The notes below the pieces were generated by a model that saw only the letters and a list, made by a program, of their open reading frames with translations, was not told where the DNA came from and ran no database searches. Positions 39,667 through 50,046 of a stretch of 64,000 bases of DNA are shown piece after piece (position 1 is the first letter of the stretch; every line of letters starts with the position of its first letter). The DNA is from Candidatus Bathyarchaeota archaeon (GTDB lineage Archaea > Thermoproteota > Bathyarchaeia > Bathyarchaeales > Bathycorpusculaceae): contig CAWEPZ010000002.1 in the NCBI GenBank assembly GCA_963811105.1, positions 1 to 64,000 of the forward strand, written 5' to 3'. The translations under genes were made by a program, and so were the position numbers.

Positions 39667-40539
39667 GTGACCAAAGAAACAGTTCTAATTGTCGGGTTAG
39701 GAGAGATTGGCCATACCCTTTTTGCATTATTTAAAGATGCAAAAAACAGTTTTGATGTTTATGGCTTGGATTTAGATAAAACAAAAATGCGCGAGCTTAA
39801 CCAAAACAGAAATGATTTTCCAAGCAAAATAGACACCCTACATATTTGTCTGCCTTGCAGTAACCAACAAAACTTTGCAGACATAACAATGGATTATGTG
39901 GATGATTTTAATCCAAAACTTGTAATTATCAACAGCACTGTGCCTCCAGGGACAACGATGAAAGTAGCAGAAAGAAGCAAGTGCCTTGTGGCCCATTCAC
40001 CGTCGCGTGGGGTACATAAAAGTCTCAAGCACATGGTTTGGGAAATGAAGCGTTGGACCAAATATGTTGGCGGCGCCAACCCGGAAGCGGGGCAGTCTGC
40101 TCAGACCCATTTTGAGAAGCTAAGTCTGAAAGTGAAGGTCTTGAAAACTTGTTCAGAGACAGAGTTGGCAAAGCTTTTTGAGACAACTTACCGTGCTTGG
40201 ATGATAGCTTGTTTCCAAGAGATGCATCGAATTTCCAGAGCATTCAATGCTGATTTTGATGAAACCGTTGATTTCCTTGAGGACACTCATCGGTTAAGGT
40301 TTGATAGGCCTGTCATGTTTCCAGGCGTAATTGGCGGACACTGCTTGATTCCCAACACTGAATTGTTGTTGAAAGCTTATGATTCAGAGTTTCTGCGGTT
40401 GATTTTGGAGTCCAATGAGAAACGTAAGGATGAAGTAAAAGATAAAACGGTTGAGGCAGAGGTAAAGAAAGTTGCTGCAAGAGCTGAAGCCTTAGAGAAG
40501 GATCTTACATCGCGAAAAAGTAGGAGCGAATGTGAGTGA
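39667..40539 (+). CDS. UDP-glucose/GDP-mannose dehydrogenase family, short form
   Basis: GLGEIG, STVPPGTT, ELAKLFETTYR and GGHCL motifs; lacks the C-terminal domain. Confidence 0.85.
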   Translation: MTKETVLIVGLGEIGHTLFALFKDAKNSFDVYGLDLDKTKMRELNQNRNDFPSKIDTLHICLPCSNQQNFADITMDYVDDFNPKLVIINSTVPPGTTMKVAERSKCLVAHSPSRGVHKSLKHMVWEMKRWTKYVGGANPEAGQSAQTHFEKLSLKVKVLKTCSETELAKLFETTYRAWMIACFQEMHRISRAFNADFDETVDFLEDTHRLRFDRPVMFPGVIGGHCLIPNTELLLKAYDSEFLRLILESNEKRKDEVKDKTVEAEVKKVAARAEALEKDLTSRKSRSECE

Positions 40540-40553
40540 TCAGTTTTTTCAGT

Positions 40554-40957
40554 TTACCATCCTATTGCAGTTGTTAAGTAAACTCTGCCATTTTTGTACT
40601 CATGGGTGAAAGGGAAGACTGCGCCTTTACTCCACCGAGCTACGATTGTTGAAACATTACTTATAGAAATTAATGCATAACAACAGTAAGCGTCAATGAG
40701 GTATAGTTGGTTTTGAGTTGAAAGAGATATGCGGAAAGAATTGTTGACAGCCAGATTGGCGCTTCCACTTGAGTTTATGAATTGAGCGCTGCCGAACCAG
40801 TCCTGCAGGGAAGTAAGGTAGTGACCGCCATATAGTTAGGCCACATATCTTTGCAGTAAGTTGAAAAGTAGCAGGGTATTCCGCCGATGATAGTAACGTT
40901 GCAGTTGTTGGTTAGGCAGTCTCTTAATTTGTTATCTTTTGGTACAACTCGAACCAA
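40554..40957 (-). pseudogene. Remnant of a probably secreted protein
   Basis: About 90 open codons (LYGGHYLTSLQDWFG...RVYLTTAIGW*) preceded by an out-of-frame segment (NVTIIGGIPCYF); no clean start. Confidence 0.4.
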
Positions 40958-41043
40958 GCCTCAAAAATGACTAGCGCTATAACCGGACAAGTCATCAATT
41001 GTCTGCTAGAGGTTTATGCCGGTGAGTTTTGTTTTCAATTGTT

Positions 41044-42268
41044 TCAAATTACTTTTTCAAATGCTTCTTCCATTTGTTGAGCATATTTTTCCCAAGATAA
41101 ATGTTCCTTAACGTAATTCGAAGCGTTTTTACCTATTCTCTCGCGAAGAGTCGGATTAGTTATTAGATTCTCAACTTTTTTTGCTATCTCTTCTGGCTTT
41201 CCATTTTCAACAAGCATTCCATTGACGTTATCCTGAATAATCTCCGCGACCCCACATCCTTTAGCAACTATCGCGGGCTTTGATGACGCCATTGCTTCAA
41301 CAGTGGCAAGTCCCCACGTTATTTGATGAGGAAAAAGGAATACATCACAAGCCGCGTATACTTTAGCTAAGTCTTCATCACATTTGGTATGCCAAAAAAG
41401 GACCTTATCTTTTACATCAAGCTTTTCACTAAGCTTTTTCAGCTCTACTTGTGAACCTGCGCCATCTAGGATAAGCTTAATGTTACTATGGTTTTTAGAC
41501 AAATAATATAACGCCTTTATGGAATCAGATTGTCGTTTAGGATCTAAATTGGCAACTTGGAGTAGAATAAAATCTTTTTCCAAACCATATTTCTTTCTTA
41601 CTTCCTCTCCAGAAATATTCTGAAACTTTTCGACGTCTAATCCAGTTCTCACCACGGTAGAAGGCTTATTGTAGGCGTCTCTTACCAAGTTCTCCCCAAC
41701 ACGCGATAATACAATTATTCTGTCGATGTATTTTACAGAAATTTTGTCCCATATTCCAAATAGGGGCCAATTAATTTTTTTCCTTATGCCTCTTCCTTTT
41801 CATGTAGAACCATGATGGAGGCTCATTGCACATCCATACTACTGGAACTCTTAATCTTCTTTTTGCAATAAAGGCCGCCCATTCTGTAGGCTGGTTGTGG
41901 TTATTGATTACTTCAAACCCTTTTGGTATCATTCTTCCCAAATTAAGCATAGCTGGAAGCCCAAACGTATAAAACTGATGGACCAAGATTCGTTGAAGTT
42001 GATTCCTAACATTTGTAATCTTTCCAACTTTGCCAAAAGAAGATACAGGTAAATCGTTATCATATTTAAATGGAACAAAGCGATTACGCAGCATAACGTT
42101 AATGGTTACTTGTTTCAGCAACTCAGGATAACAAATCTTTTCGTTAACCCCTGTCGTGAATATTTCCACTTCGTTTCCAAGTTTTTGGAGCTCTATAGCC
42201 AAGTTCAAAAGTTGTCTTTCTGCACCACCACGTCCCCATAATGCTGTATGAACCAATGCAATTTTCAT
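41044..42268 (-). pseudogene. GT4 glycosyltransferase split by one frameshift near 41775-41800
   Basis: Both halves align with the intact paralog 44313..45584 (GRGGAERQ, WMCNEPP, KINWP, ITWGL..EAM). Confidence 0.8.
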
Positions 42269-42342
42269 GACTGTTTCACAAGTATTGTTTTATGAGGATA
42301 GTTTAAGTTTATATATTTGTACTTTTAGTATCAACTAAGTTT

Positions 42343-43068
42343 TTGAGAGGTTTAAAAGTGAAGATTAAGACTGCAGTTATATTAGTTGGAGGCGCAGGTT
42401 TGCGCATGCGACCTTTCACCGAAGACATGCCCAAATGCATGGTTCCCCTTAAGGGGAAACCTCTAATACACTGGATAATATCATGGCTGAAAGATTACGG
42501 TTTCAAACACATCGTATTAGGTGTTGCTTACCGAAAAGAGGCAGTCATTAATTATTTAAAGGATAACTCGCAAGGTTTGAAGATAGATTTTAGCGAGCAC
42601 ACAGTTGAAGGAGAAACTGGAGAGGGCTTTCGTCTCGCAATAAGCAGGTTCGTGAAGGATGATGATTTCTTGGCGATGAATGGAGATGAAATCACTAGTT
42701 TGAACTTGGGACGTCTCGAAGAGTTACATTTGATGCATAAACCTTTGGCAACGATTTCTGTTGCGCCGATGCGTTCACCTTTCGGGATACTTGAACTTGA
42801 AGGTGATGATATTGTGTCTTTCAAGGAAAAACCTTTGGTTGAAAACATGTTCGTCAGTATTGGTGTATATATTTTCAACCGGAGAATACTTGATTATATT
42901 CCCGAGAATGGGTCCATCGAAAAAACGGTTTTTCCGTTACTTGCTGAAAAGCGAGTTTTGAAAGCGTGCGTACTCAAGCCTGAGGAGTTATGGTTAACTA
43001 TTAATAGCGTTAAGGACTTATCTGTTGCAGAAAAAGAGTTCGCTGCGTTACGGAGGTCCCAAACATGA
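42343..43068 (+). CDS. Sugar-1-phosphate nucleotidyltransferase
   Basis: ILVGGAGLRMRPFT..PK and MNGD motifs. Confidence 0.9.
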   Translation: MRGLKVKIKTAVILVGGAGLRMRPFTEDMPKCMVPLKGKPLIHWIISWLKDYGFKHIVLGVAYRKEAVINYLKDNSQGLKIDFSEHTVEGETGEGFRLAISRFVKDDDFLAMNGDEITSLNLGRLEELHLMHKPLATISVAPMRSPFGILELEGDDIVSFKEKPLVENMFVSIGVYIFNRRILDYIPENGSIEKTVFPLLAEKRVLKACVLKPEELWLTINSVKDLSVAEKEFAALRRSQT

Positions 43069-44036
43069 CTAGAGCGTTAATAACAGGAATCATGGGTTTT
43101 ATAGGAAGTCACCTAGCGAAGAAACTCGTTGAAGAGAACGTTGAAGTATATGGTCTTGTGCGAAGAGTAGCAAGTCGAAACATGGAAGTTATTCACGATT
43201 TATTGCAAGATATTACTCTAATCTCAGGCGACGTTTCTGACTACGTTTCTATTCTGAATGCGGTCAAGACAGCTAATCCTGACGTGATTTTCCATTTAGC
43301 GGCGTTGTCACCTGTCCGAGATTCGTTTGAGCGCCCTTTTGAATATCAGCAATCTAACTATATTGGAACTATGAACATTGCGCATTCTCTGCTTTCCCTT
43401 CAAGATCCGCAGACGAGAGACTTTATAGCTGCATCAACAGCCGAAGTATATGGGATACAGAAGAACGAACCCTTAAAGGAAAGCTTATCTCTGAATCCAT
43501 CCAGTCCGTATGCAGTCAGCAAAGCTGCGGCCGATCTCTATTTGCGTATGATGTTTAGTTCTTACAATTTGAATGGTACCATATTGCGGCCTACAAACTC
43601 GTACGGTAGGAAATTTGACACAAGTTTCATGGTGGAGTATACCATTACTCAGATGTTAAAGGGCCAGAAAGTGTACGTTGGCTCTCCTGATTCGATAAGA
43701 GACTACATGTACGTCGATGACCACGTGAACGGTTATATGTTATCAATGACGAATGAAAAAGCTAATGGCCAGGTTTACAACGTTGGAACAGGAATTGGCG
43801 TGAGCAACAAGGAGCTTGTAATGATGATCGCTGACAAAATAGGATTTGACAAGAAGAACCTCGTTTTTGGTTCCTATCCTCCTGGCTATCCGTACAGACC
43901 ACTAATTTCCGACCAGTCATCAATAGTTCTGGATGCCACGAAAATAAAAAAAGACTTGGGTTGGAAGCCAACGATTTCGCTAACTGAGGGAATTGACCGA
44001 GTAATCTCTTATTTTCGAAAAAGCGGAAACAAGTAG
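43065..44036 (+). CDS. NDP-sugar 4,6-dehydratase (GDP-mannose/dTDP-glucose type SDR)
   Basis: TGIMGFIG, HLAA, STAEVYG and PYAVSK motifs. Confidence 0.9.
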   Translation: MTRALITGIMGFIGSHLAKKLVEENVEVYGLVRRVASRNMEVIHDLLQDITLISGDVSDYVSILNAVKTANPDVIFHLAALSPVRDSFERPFEYQQSNYIGTMNIAHSLLSLQDPQTRDFIAASTAEVYGIQKNEPLKESLSLNPSSPYAVSKAAADLYLRMMFSSYNLNGTILRPTNSYGRKFDTSFMVEYTITQMLKGQKVYVGSPDSIRDYMYVDDHVNGYMLSMTNEKANGQVYNVGTGIGVSNKELVMMIADKIGFDKKNLVFGSYPPGYPYRPLISDQSSIVLDATKIKKDLGWKPTISLTEGIDRVISYFRKSGNK

Positions 44037-44312
44037 AGTTAAAAAGGAAAATTAGATTGATGCACAAAAAACTTGGTTGAAGCCAACTTTAGCTAATCGA
44101 AGACTGCTACACGTTTCAAAAAACGGTAGTCGAACATGAAGGTAAACTAAAGCGGTTTCTAAAAATTTTAGTGATTCAAACTGATAGTTAATTAGAAACG
44201 CCTTTATCAGCAGTTCTCGTCTTGTATTCTTCTAAATAATTCCTCAATTATTTAAAGAGACAAATTTATAAGACCAAAGTATTGCTCTAAGCTTAACTGG
44301 AATGCAGACCCT

Positions 44313-45584
44313 ATGAAAGTGGCGCTGATTCACACTCCGCTGGTAGGACGAGGTGGCGGACAAAGGCAAATCCTGAATCTAGCTTTTGAACTTCAAAGAA
44401 TCGGACATGAAGTCGAAATTTTTACAAGTGCAGTTAACAAAGAAAAATGTTACCCAGAATTGATAGAAAAACTCACGATAAACGTTATTTCGCATCCATT
44501 AGGAAATGAGATGCCCAAATGGTTTATTCCTTCTGAGATCCAGCAAAAAGCGAACTATACTGAACCTGCAGAATCCTCTTCTTTACGGAGTTGGATGCGA
44601 AAAGCCATGGGACGACAATTTTACACAATTCCGTACGACTTCCCATCCATGCTTAACATAGGCAGAAAAATACCTAAAGGTTTTGACATAATCAATAACC
44701 ATAATTTTCCATCTGAATGGGCAGCTTTTTTCGCGAAAAAAAGACTAAATGCCCCAGTTGTTTGGATGTGTAATGAACCGCCAGATTGGTTTTTCGCTTC
44801 CGAATCTCGAAAAGGCTTGCGCAAAATTAATTGGCCAATTTATGAAATGCTGGACAAAACGGTCTCAAAGTACATCGATGAGATTTTAGTTCTATCGAAA
44901 ATTGCTCAGGGGCATGTAGATAAAGCTTACCACAGATCATCGAGGATTGTGAGAAGTGGTGTAGATGTTGAACTTTTTCATAACGCTTCAGGAACCGATA
45001 TCAGAGAGAAATACGGACTGGGTAAAGACTTTGTTTTGCTACAGGTCGGGAATTTTCAACTCAGTAAGGGGCAAACTGATTCCATAAGGACACTTTATCA
45101 TCTTTCTAAGAATTATGATCAAATCAAGCTGATACTTGACGGTGGCGGTCGAAAAGAAGAGTTAGTAAGATTAAGCGAAAGACTTGGGGTAAGAAACAAA
45201 GTGTTATTTCTACACAGTAACGATGACGAAGAGCTCGCAAAGGTTTACGCTGCTTGTGACGTTTTTCTTTTTCCACAACAAATAACCTGGGGTTTAGCGT
45301 TGATCGAGGCAATGTCTGCTTCAAAACCTGTTATAGTCTCCAATAAATGTGGAGGTTCAGAAATTATTCAATCCAACGTGAATGGTATAGTTTTTGACCA
45401 AGCAAAACCAGAAGAGATAACAAAACAAGTAGAACTGTTAATTAACAATACCCACTTACGCAAAAAACTTGGGGAACATGCCTATGAATATGTTAAAAGC
45501 AATCTATCATGGGAAAAATACGCGAGGACGATGGAAACAATCTTTGAAGAGGCCCTCTTGAACTTTAACAAAAAGAAGCGATAA
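44313..45584 (+). CDS. GT4 glycosyltransferase
   Basis: GGGQR, KG, WGLALIEAM; GT-B layout. Confidence 0.92.
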   Translation: MKVALIHTPLVGRGGGQRQILNLAFELQRIGHEVEIFTSAVNKEKCYPELIEKLTINVISHPLGNEMPKWFIPSEIQQKANYTEPAESSSLRSWMRKAMGRQFYTIPYDFPSMLNIGRKIPKGFDIINNHNFPSEWAAFFAKKRLNAPVVWMCNEPPDWFFASESRKGLRKINWPIYEMLDKTVSKYIDEILVLSKIAQGHVDKAYHRSSRIVRSGVDVELFHNASGTDIREKYGLGKDFVLLQVGNFQLSKGQTDSIRTLYHLSKNYDQIKLILDGGGRKEELVRLSERLGVRNKVLFLHSNDDEELAKVYAACDVFLFPQQITWGLALIEAMSASKPVIVSNKCGGSEIIQSNVNGIVFDQAKPEEITKQVELLINNTHLRKKLGEHAYEYVKSNLSWEKYARTMETIFEEALLNFNKKKR

Positions 45585-45700
45585 GCGACTAGCGCTATGC
45601 GACTTAATTTTTGAAATGTATTCGTTGTTGTTTTTGCCTGATTATATAAATAGCGAATCTTCTTTAGGGATAACAGTTGAAGTCATATCTTGGGAATGGC

Positions 45701-46603
45701 ATGATTGACAAAGTTGATTTAGTGATGTGGACTAAGAACGGTGCCCAAACCCTCCCTGCAGTCCTGCAACGGATAAATGAAGTAATTCCTCAAGAATTTG
45801 TTTATAAGAAAATTGTGGTGGACGATGGAAGCAGTGACGGTACCCAGAATATCGCCTCTTCTTTTGGCTGGACGGTTATTCCAAACAAAGGCCATGGTAT
45901 AAGCAATGGTGCTAACACAGCCCTAGAAGCAGTGACATCGGACTTTTTCATAAGCTTCGAACAAGACCTATTATTAGCTCCAGAGTGGTGGCAGAAAATT
46001 CCTTCACTCGTTGAAAACTCCAACGTTGCAGTTGCATCTGGAATGCGTTTTGCAGATAAGCCAATTGGGATTAAAAAAATGCAGCAGTACGTAGCGAAGA
46101 AATATCGTGGAGAAGCAAACTTAGCTTCTTGGCTTAAGTCTAGGGATATGTCGGCTTTTACTTTAGGTAAAACATTAGACAATACGATTTACAAAGCAAA
46201 AATAATCCGACAACTCGGGGGGTTTCCAACATTGCGAGTAACCGCTGGTGTCGATACCACTTTAGCATACAAAATTAATCATGCTGGTTACAAATGGGTT
46301 GTTGATTATACTATGCAATCTGTCCATGTTAGAAAGGGGTTAAGGCAAGAACTGGATCATCAATATTGGTATGGAGCGCAATTATACGAGATTTGGAGAA
46401 AAATACTAGCGGAAACAGATATACCCCCGCCTGTAACTAGAAGTGGAGTTATCCGTCGTTTCGTTATGTCTCCATTTACTGGATTGTTTCTGGCATTCCA
46501 AACTAGGGAACCGACAGTTCTATACATTCATCCTTTAATTAGATTTTACTACATGAAAGGACTTCTACATGCTTCGAAAGTTCAAGAATCAGGTAACAGC
46601 TGA
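45701..46603 (+). CDS. GT2 glycosyltransferase
   Basis: VVDDGSSDGT and FEQD motifs. Confidence 0.85.
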   Translation: MIDKVDLVMWTKNGAQTLPAVLQRINEVIPQEFVYKKIVVDDGSSDGTQNIASSFGWTVIPNKGHGISNGANTALEAVTSDFFISFEQDLLLAPEWWQKIPSLVENSNVAVASGMRFADKPIGIKKMQQYVAKKYRGEANLASWLKSRDMSAFTLGKTLDNTIYKAKIIRQLGGFPTLRVTAGVDTTLAYKINHAGYKWVVDYTMQSVHVRKGLRQELDHQYWYGAQLYEIWRKILAETDIPPPVTRSGVIRRFVMSPFTGLFLAFQTREPTVLYIHPLIRFYYMKGLLHASKVQESGNS

Positions 46604-46680
46604 GCAATGCCTTCCCTGAATGGTTAAATTAGTAAACCCGTGTATGAAGTAAATTGTAACTGCACGGAGATTCACAGCGA

Positions 46681-48186
46681 TTGGCGAATGAGAGAGAAAT
46701 AATAAAGCTACGGTTAGATGTGGATTACCCTTATCCATCGAGGGCTAAGAGTTTTCTGTACTTAGCCTTAGGAATTAAGAAAAAAAGCAAAGATTACTTG
46801 AAGAATGCCAGAATTATAGCGAAGATGATTAATGAATCGCCAAAAGAAGTTATAGCTTACTGGTTTTTTACGCCCTACACAATTCCAGATAAAAGAACTC
46901 TCGATTTACTGAATCAAGAAAGGCATGAGGTCGCTCTGCACGTTGCAACCAATCCCTATCAAGAATGGAAAATTCTTGAAAACGTAACCGAACGAACCAT
47001 AAGATACTATACAATTCATGGAACATCACGGGTAATTGCCCAGCTATTATGGGGACGAAAGATTGGCGAAAAGCAAACGAAGATTCCCACAGATTTCCCT
47101 TTAGAATCCTTCCATGATTTTAGGACTTATAGTTTAGATGCTGGGCGTTATACGTTAGGCTTGGAGCATATGAAGACGGAATTAGAAAAATTGACTAAGG
47201 AAAATACTGTGTTAGAAGTTCATCCTGAATGGCTCTTTAATAAGGGAAAAATAAACCCGAGAGGACCATATTATGACGTTCTAAAATACTTGTTAGATGT
47301 GGACCATGACCTTGAAACTTTGCAGCTAAAAAAGAAAATATCAATCAAAATAGCTCATGATATCAAAGAATATGAAAAAGATATTGTTCCCTCAAAGGCA
47401 TTCATTGAGAAGCTGCTTGAAAGAGATATAGACATTTTTACTTTTCTGGAAAGAAAATGGTGCTGCCCAATATCTAAACCGCCAACCTCATGGATAAAAA
47501 CAGAAGACAATATTGGCTTATTGGAAATAAAGGATTATCCGACTTGGTGGAGTAGTGTTGGAAAGAAAACTCGCAATATGGTTCGCCTGGCCGGGAAAAA
47601 CGGTTTAGAAGTGATTGTAGTCCAACCGAGCGAGAAGTTCGCAGAAGGTGTCTGGAAAATTTACAATGAAACCCCAATAAGGCAAGAGCGAGCTTTCCCT
47701 CACTATGGTGAGCCGCTTGAAGCAGTCACAAGAAATGTGATTAGCGCTCAAAAATCGACATTTATCGGCGGATTTTTGCAGAAAGAGCTTGTGGGATTTA
47801 TCCAGATAGTCCATGGTGACAACATTGCTATTATTGCTCAGATACTTTCAATGCAAAAACATTGGAATAAAGCTGTAAATAACGCGCTCCTCGCAAAAGC
47901 CGTTGAAGTTTGTGCTTTCAAAGGGGAACGGTGGCTTATGTATGGGCGAATGGGAAATCACCCTTCACTTGACAAGTTTAAGGAAAGTAGTGGGTTTGCT
48001 AAATTCCCGATTACCCGTTACTATATCACTATAACAGGGAAAGGAAAAGTAGCTACTCGATTGGGATTGCATGTGGATTTTAAAGATGCTTTGCCGCATT
48101 CTATTAAGTATCCGCTTATTCCAGTTAATAATTGGATTAGTAGGAATAGGCTTCGAATTAAACGCGTTTATGAAACCAATAAATAA
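46681..48186 (+). CDS. Fusion of a polysaccharide-deacetylase-like domain and a FemAB/GNAT-like domain
   Basis: N-terminal LRLDVD, HEVALH, VHP.W; C-terminal KKTRNMVR.A.K.GL and SLDKFKES.GF. Confidence 0.55.
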   Translation: MANEREIIKLRLDVDYPYPSRAKSFLYLALGIKKKSKDYLKNARIIAKMINESPKEVIAYWFFTPYTIPDKRTLDLLNQERHEVALHVATNPYQEWKILENVTERTIRYYTIHGTSRVIAQLLWGRKIGEKQTKIPTDFPLESFHDFRTYSLDAGRYTLGLEHMKTELEKLTKENTVLEVHPEWLFNKGKINPRGPYYDVLKYLLDVDHDLETLQLKKKISIKIAHDIKEYEKDIVPSKAFIEKLLERDIDIFTFLERKWCCPISKPPTSWIKTEDNIGLLEIKDYPTWWSSVGKKTRNMVRLAGKNGLEVIVVQPSEKFAEGVWKIYNETPIRQERAFPHYGEPLEAVTRNVISAQKSTFIGGFLQKELVGFIQIVHGDNIAIIAQILSMQKHWNKAVNNALLAKAVEVCAFKGERWLMYGRMGNHPSLDKFKESSGFAKFPITRYYITITGKGKVATRLGLHVDFKDALPHSIKYPLIPVNNWISRNRLRIKRVYETNK

Positions 48187-48495
48187 TATCTTTCAAGCTT
48201 TTCTAAACTTACTATTTTACTGTAACTATTGACTTATGGAAACCCAATATTTTCATTAAAAAGTATTTTGAAATAACTTTAAATCAAGGTATGGCTTATT
48301 GAACCTTAATAATTGTACCCGAGAGACTGAGTGTTAACTTAAATGGGAATGGGGGACTTCCACTTACTGAAATTGAAACGGTTGTTCATGGCGATTCAAA
48401 TGTTGGCTAATTACAAAAAAGCTCGCTTTATTCTAAGGGCTATGTTTGTTTCTTTTCAGACTTCTCTTGAAGTTGAAAACAAAAAAGGTTTCTTC

Positions 48496-49881
48496 ATGCA
48501 GAATCATTGGCGATTTAACAGGAAGACAAAAGGTCTGATGGTCTTTGCAATTATAACCGTTATTTTGGTCTCCATTTTTGCTTTCTTACCAAAACAAAGC
48601 GAAAGCAGAGCTATTGTAAAACAACCCAGCGGTGATTTAACCGCTTCTCCATCAGGAATCCACAGCGATATCAACAATAAAACTAGCAGCTCTAACATAC
48701 TTGCAAGTTTAACTCAAGCTATAGAAAAAGTAATTGCGCCAACTCCTGAGCCTAAGCCTCCCGGCGTGATAGCATCAGCTGAAACCATCAATAGTACTGT
48801 CTGGCTTGAAGTGGCAGCGAATGCTTGGAAATATTTCCAACCAGGTGTGGGTGTAGATCCAACAATGGGGCTTCCTTATTCAAATTCTCCAGTTTTCACT
48901 GATTGGGATTTAGGAGTTTATATTCAAGCTGTTATAGATGCGCGAAAAATAGGTTTGATAGACAATGATGGCGCTTGGGGGTTTAATGCCAGAATAGATA
49001 AGGTTCTAACATTTTTGGAAACGCGAAAGCTTAATGTCACAACTAACTATCCTTACTGGTTCTACCAAGCAACGGACGGAGAAGACTATCATGAGCTGTC
49101 AGATTTGGCTACCACCCCTTATGATGGCGTTGACACTGGACGATTATTTGTTGCTCTTAATAATGTTAGAGTTTATAATTCCAGTTGGGCATTGCGTATA
49201 AATAATTTCGTTTACAACGTTTATGGTAACAGATCCAATTATGACGCTATCATACCTAATATTAAGAGTGATACCCTTACCTCAACCGATATTTATGCTT
49301 ACTATATCTACAGTGGGTTTGCTAGTTTTTGGCCTAGTAACCTTACTAATGTTCAAAGTACAATTCTTAATAATATTTTTTCAGCTGGTAATGTTTCAAC
49401 TCCTGAAGGTGTTTTGTTGCCTAAGGCTGGATTAATAGGTGATCCACTGTTTTGCTCAGTTTTTGAACTTAATAGTACAGATTCTAGATTGATGACTTTA
49501 GCTTATCAAGTTTATTTGGCTCATGAGGCATATTATAATGACACAGAACAATATCGAGCTTTCAGTGAAGGCCCCTCTATGTCAGGCGGTTGGGAGTATG
49601 AATGGGTGGTTTTGCCTGATGGTCGAACTTGGACTATAGATGAACATAATTCAAATACGTCTCCCATGATTTATTCAAAAATAGCATTGAGCTTTCTTGC
49701 CATTTATAATACAACGTTCGCCAAGAACATGTCTATTTATCTTGAGAATACTCTTCCAGAGCCTTCAAGCGGATATTGTGAGGGGGTTGATGAATCTGGA
49801 CAACTACTTGAAAGGGCTGCAAGCAATACAAACAGTTTAATTTTAGATGCTGCACTCTACGCTATACAAAATAATACATAA
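48496..49881 (+). CDS. Membrane-anchored DUF3131-like (alpha/alpha)6 glycoside hydrolase-like protein
   Basis: N-terminal TM; AWKYF, GLP, TDWDLG.Y, DTGRL and NTNSLIL motifs. Confidence 0.65.
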   Translation: MQNHWRFNRKTKGLMVFAIITVILVSIFAFLPKQSESRAIVKQPSGDLTASPSGIHSDINNKTSSSNILASLTQAIEKVIAPTPEPKPPGVIASAETINSTVWLEVAANAWKYFQPGVGVDPTMGLPYSNSPVFTDWDLGVYIQAVIDARKIGLIDNDGAWGFNARIDKVLTFLETRKLNVTTNYPYWFYQATDGEDYHELSDLATTPYDGVDTGRLFVALNNVRVYNSSWALRINNFVYNVYGNRSNYDAIIPNIKSDTLTSTDIYAYYIYSGFASFWPSNLTNVQSTILNNIFSAGNVSTPEGVLLPKAGLIGDPLFCSVFELNSTDSRLMTLAYQVYLAHEAYYNDTEQYRAFSEGPSMSGGWEYEWVVLPDGRTWTIDEHNSNTSPMIYSKIALSFLAIYNTTFAKNMSIYLENTLPEPSSGYCEGVDESGQLLERAASNTNSLILDAALYAIQNNT

Positions 49882-50046
49882 AAAGTATTTAGTTGATCTT
49901 GGGTTTTCTATTGATAAAGTCTGGCGATTTTAAAGACCTTCAACTGTTGCTCTTTCCATTTTTCTCAGACTTTAGAGTATTTATTTAACTGTTGCAAATA
50001 CCATTCAAGCCTACTTATTTGACTATTAACTTCACACTTAAATGTC

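Noticed and set aside
40969-45598. 12-bp match GACTAGCGCTAT downstream of both GT4 genes
   Set aside because: Direct orientation while the genes are inverted; the core is a short palindrome; likely chance
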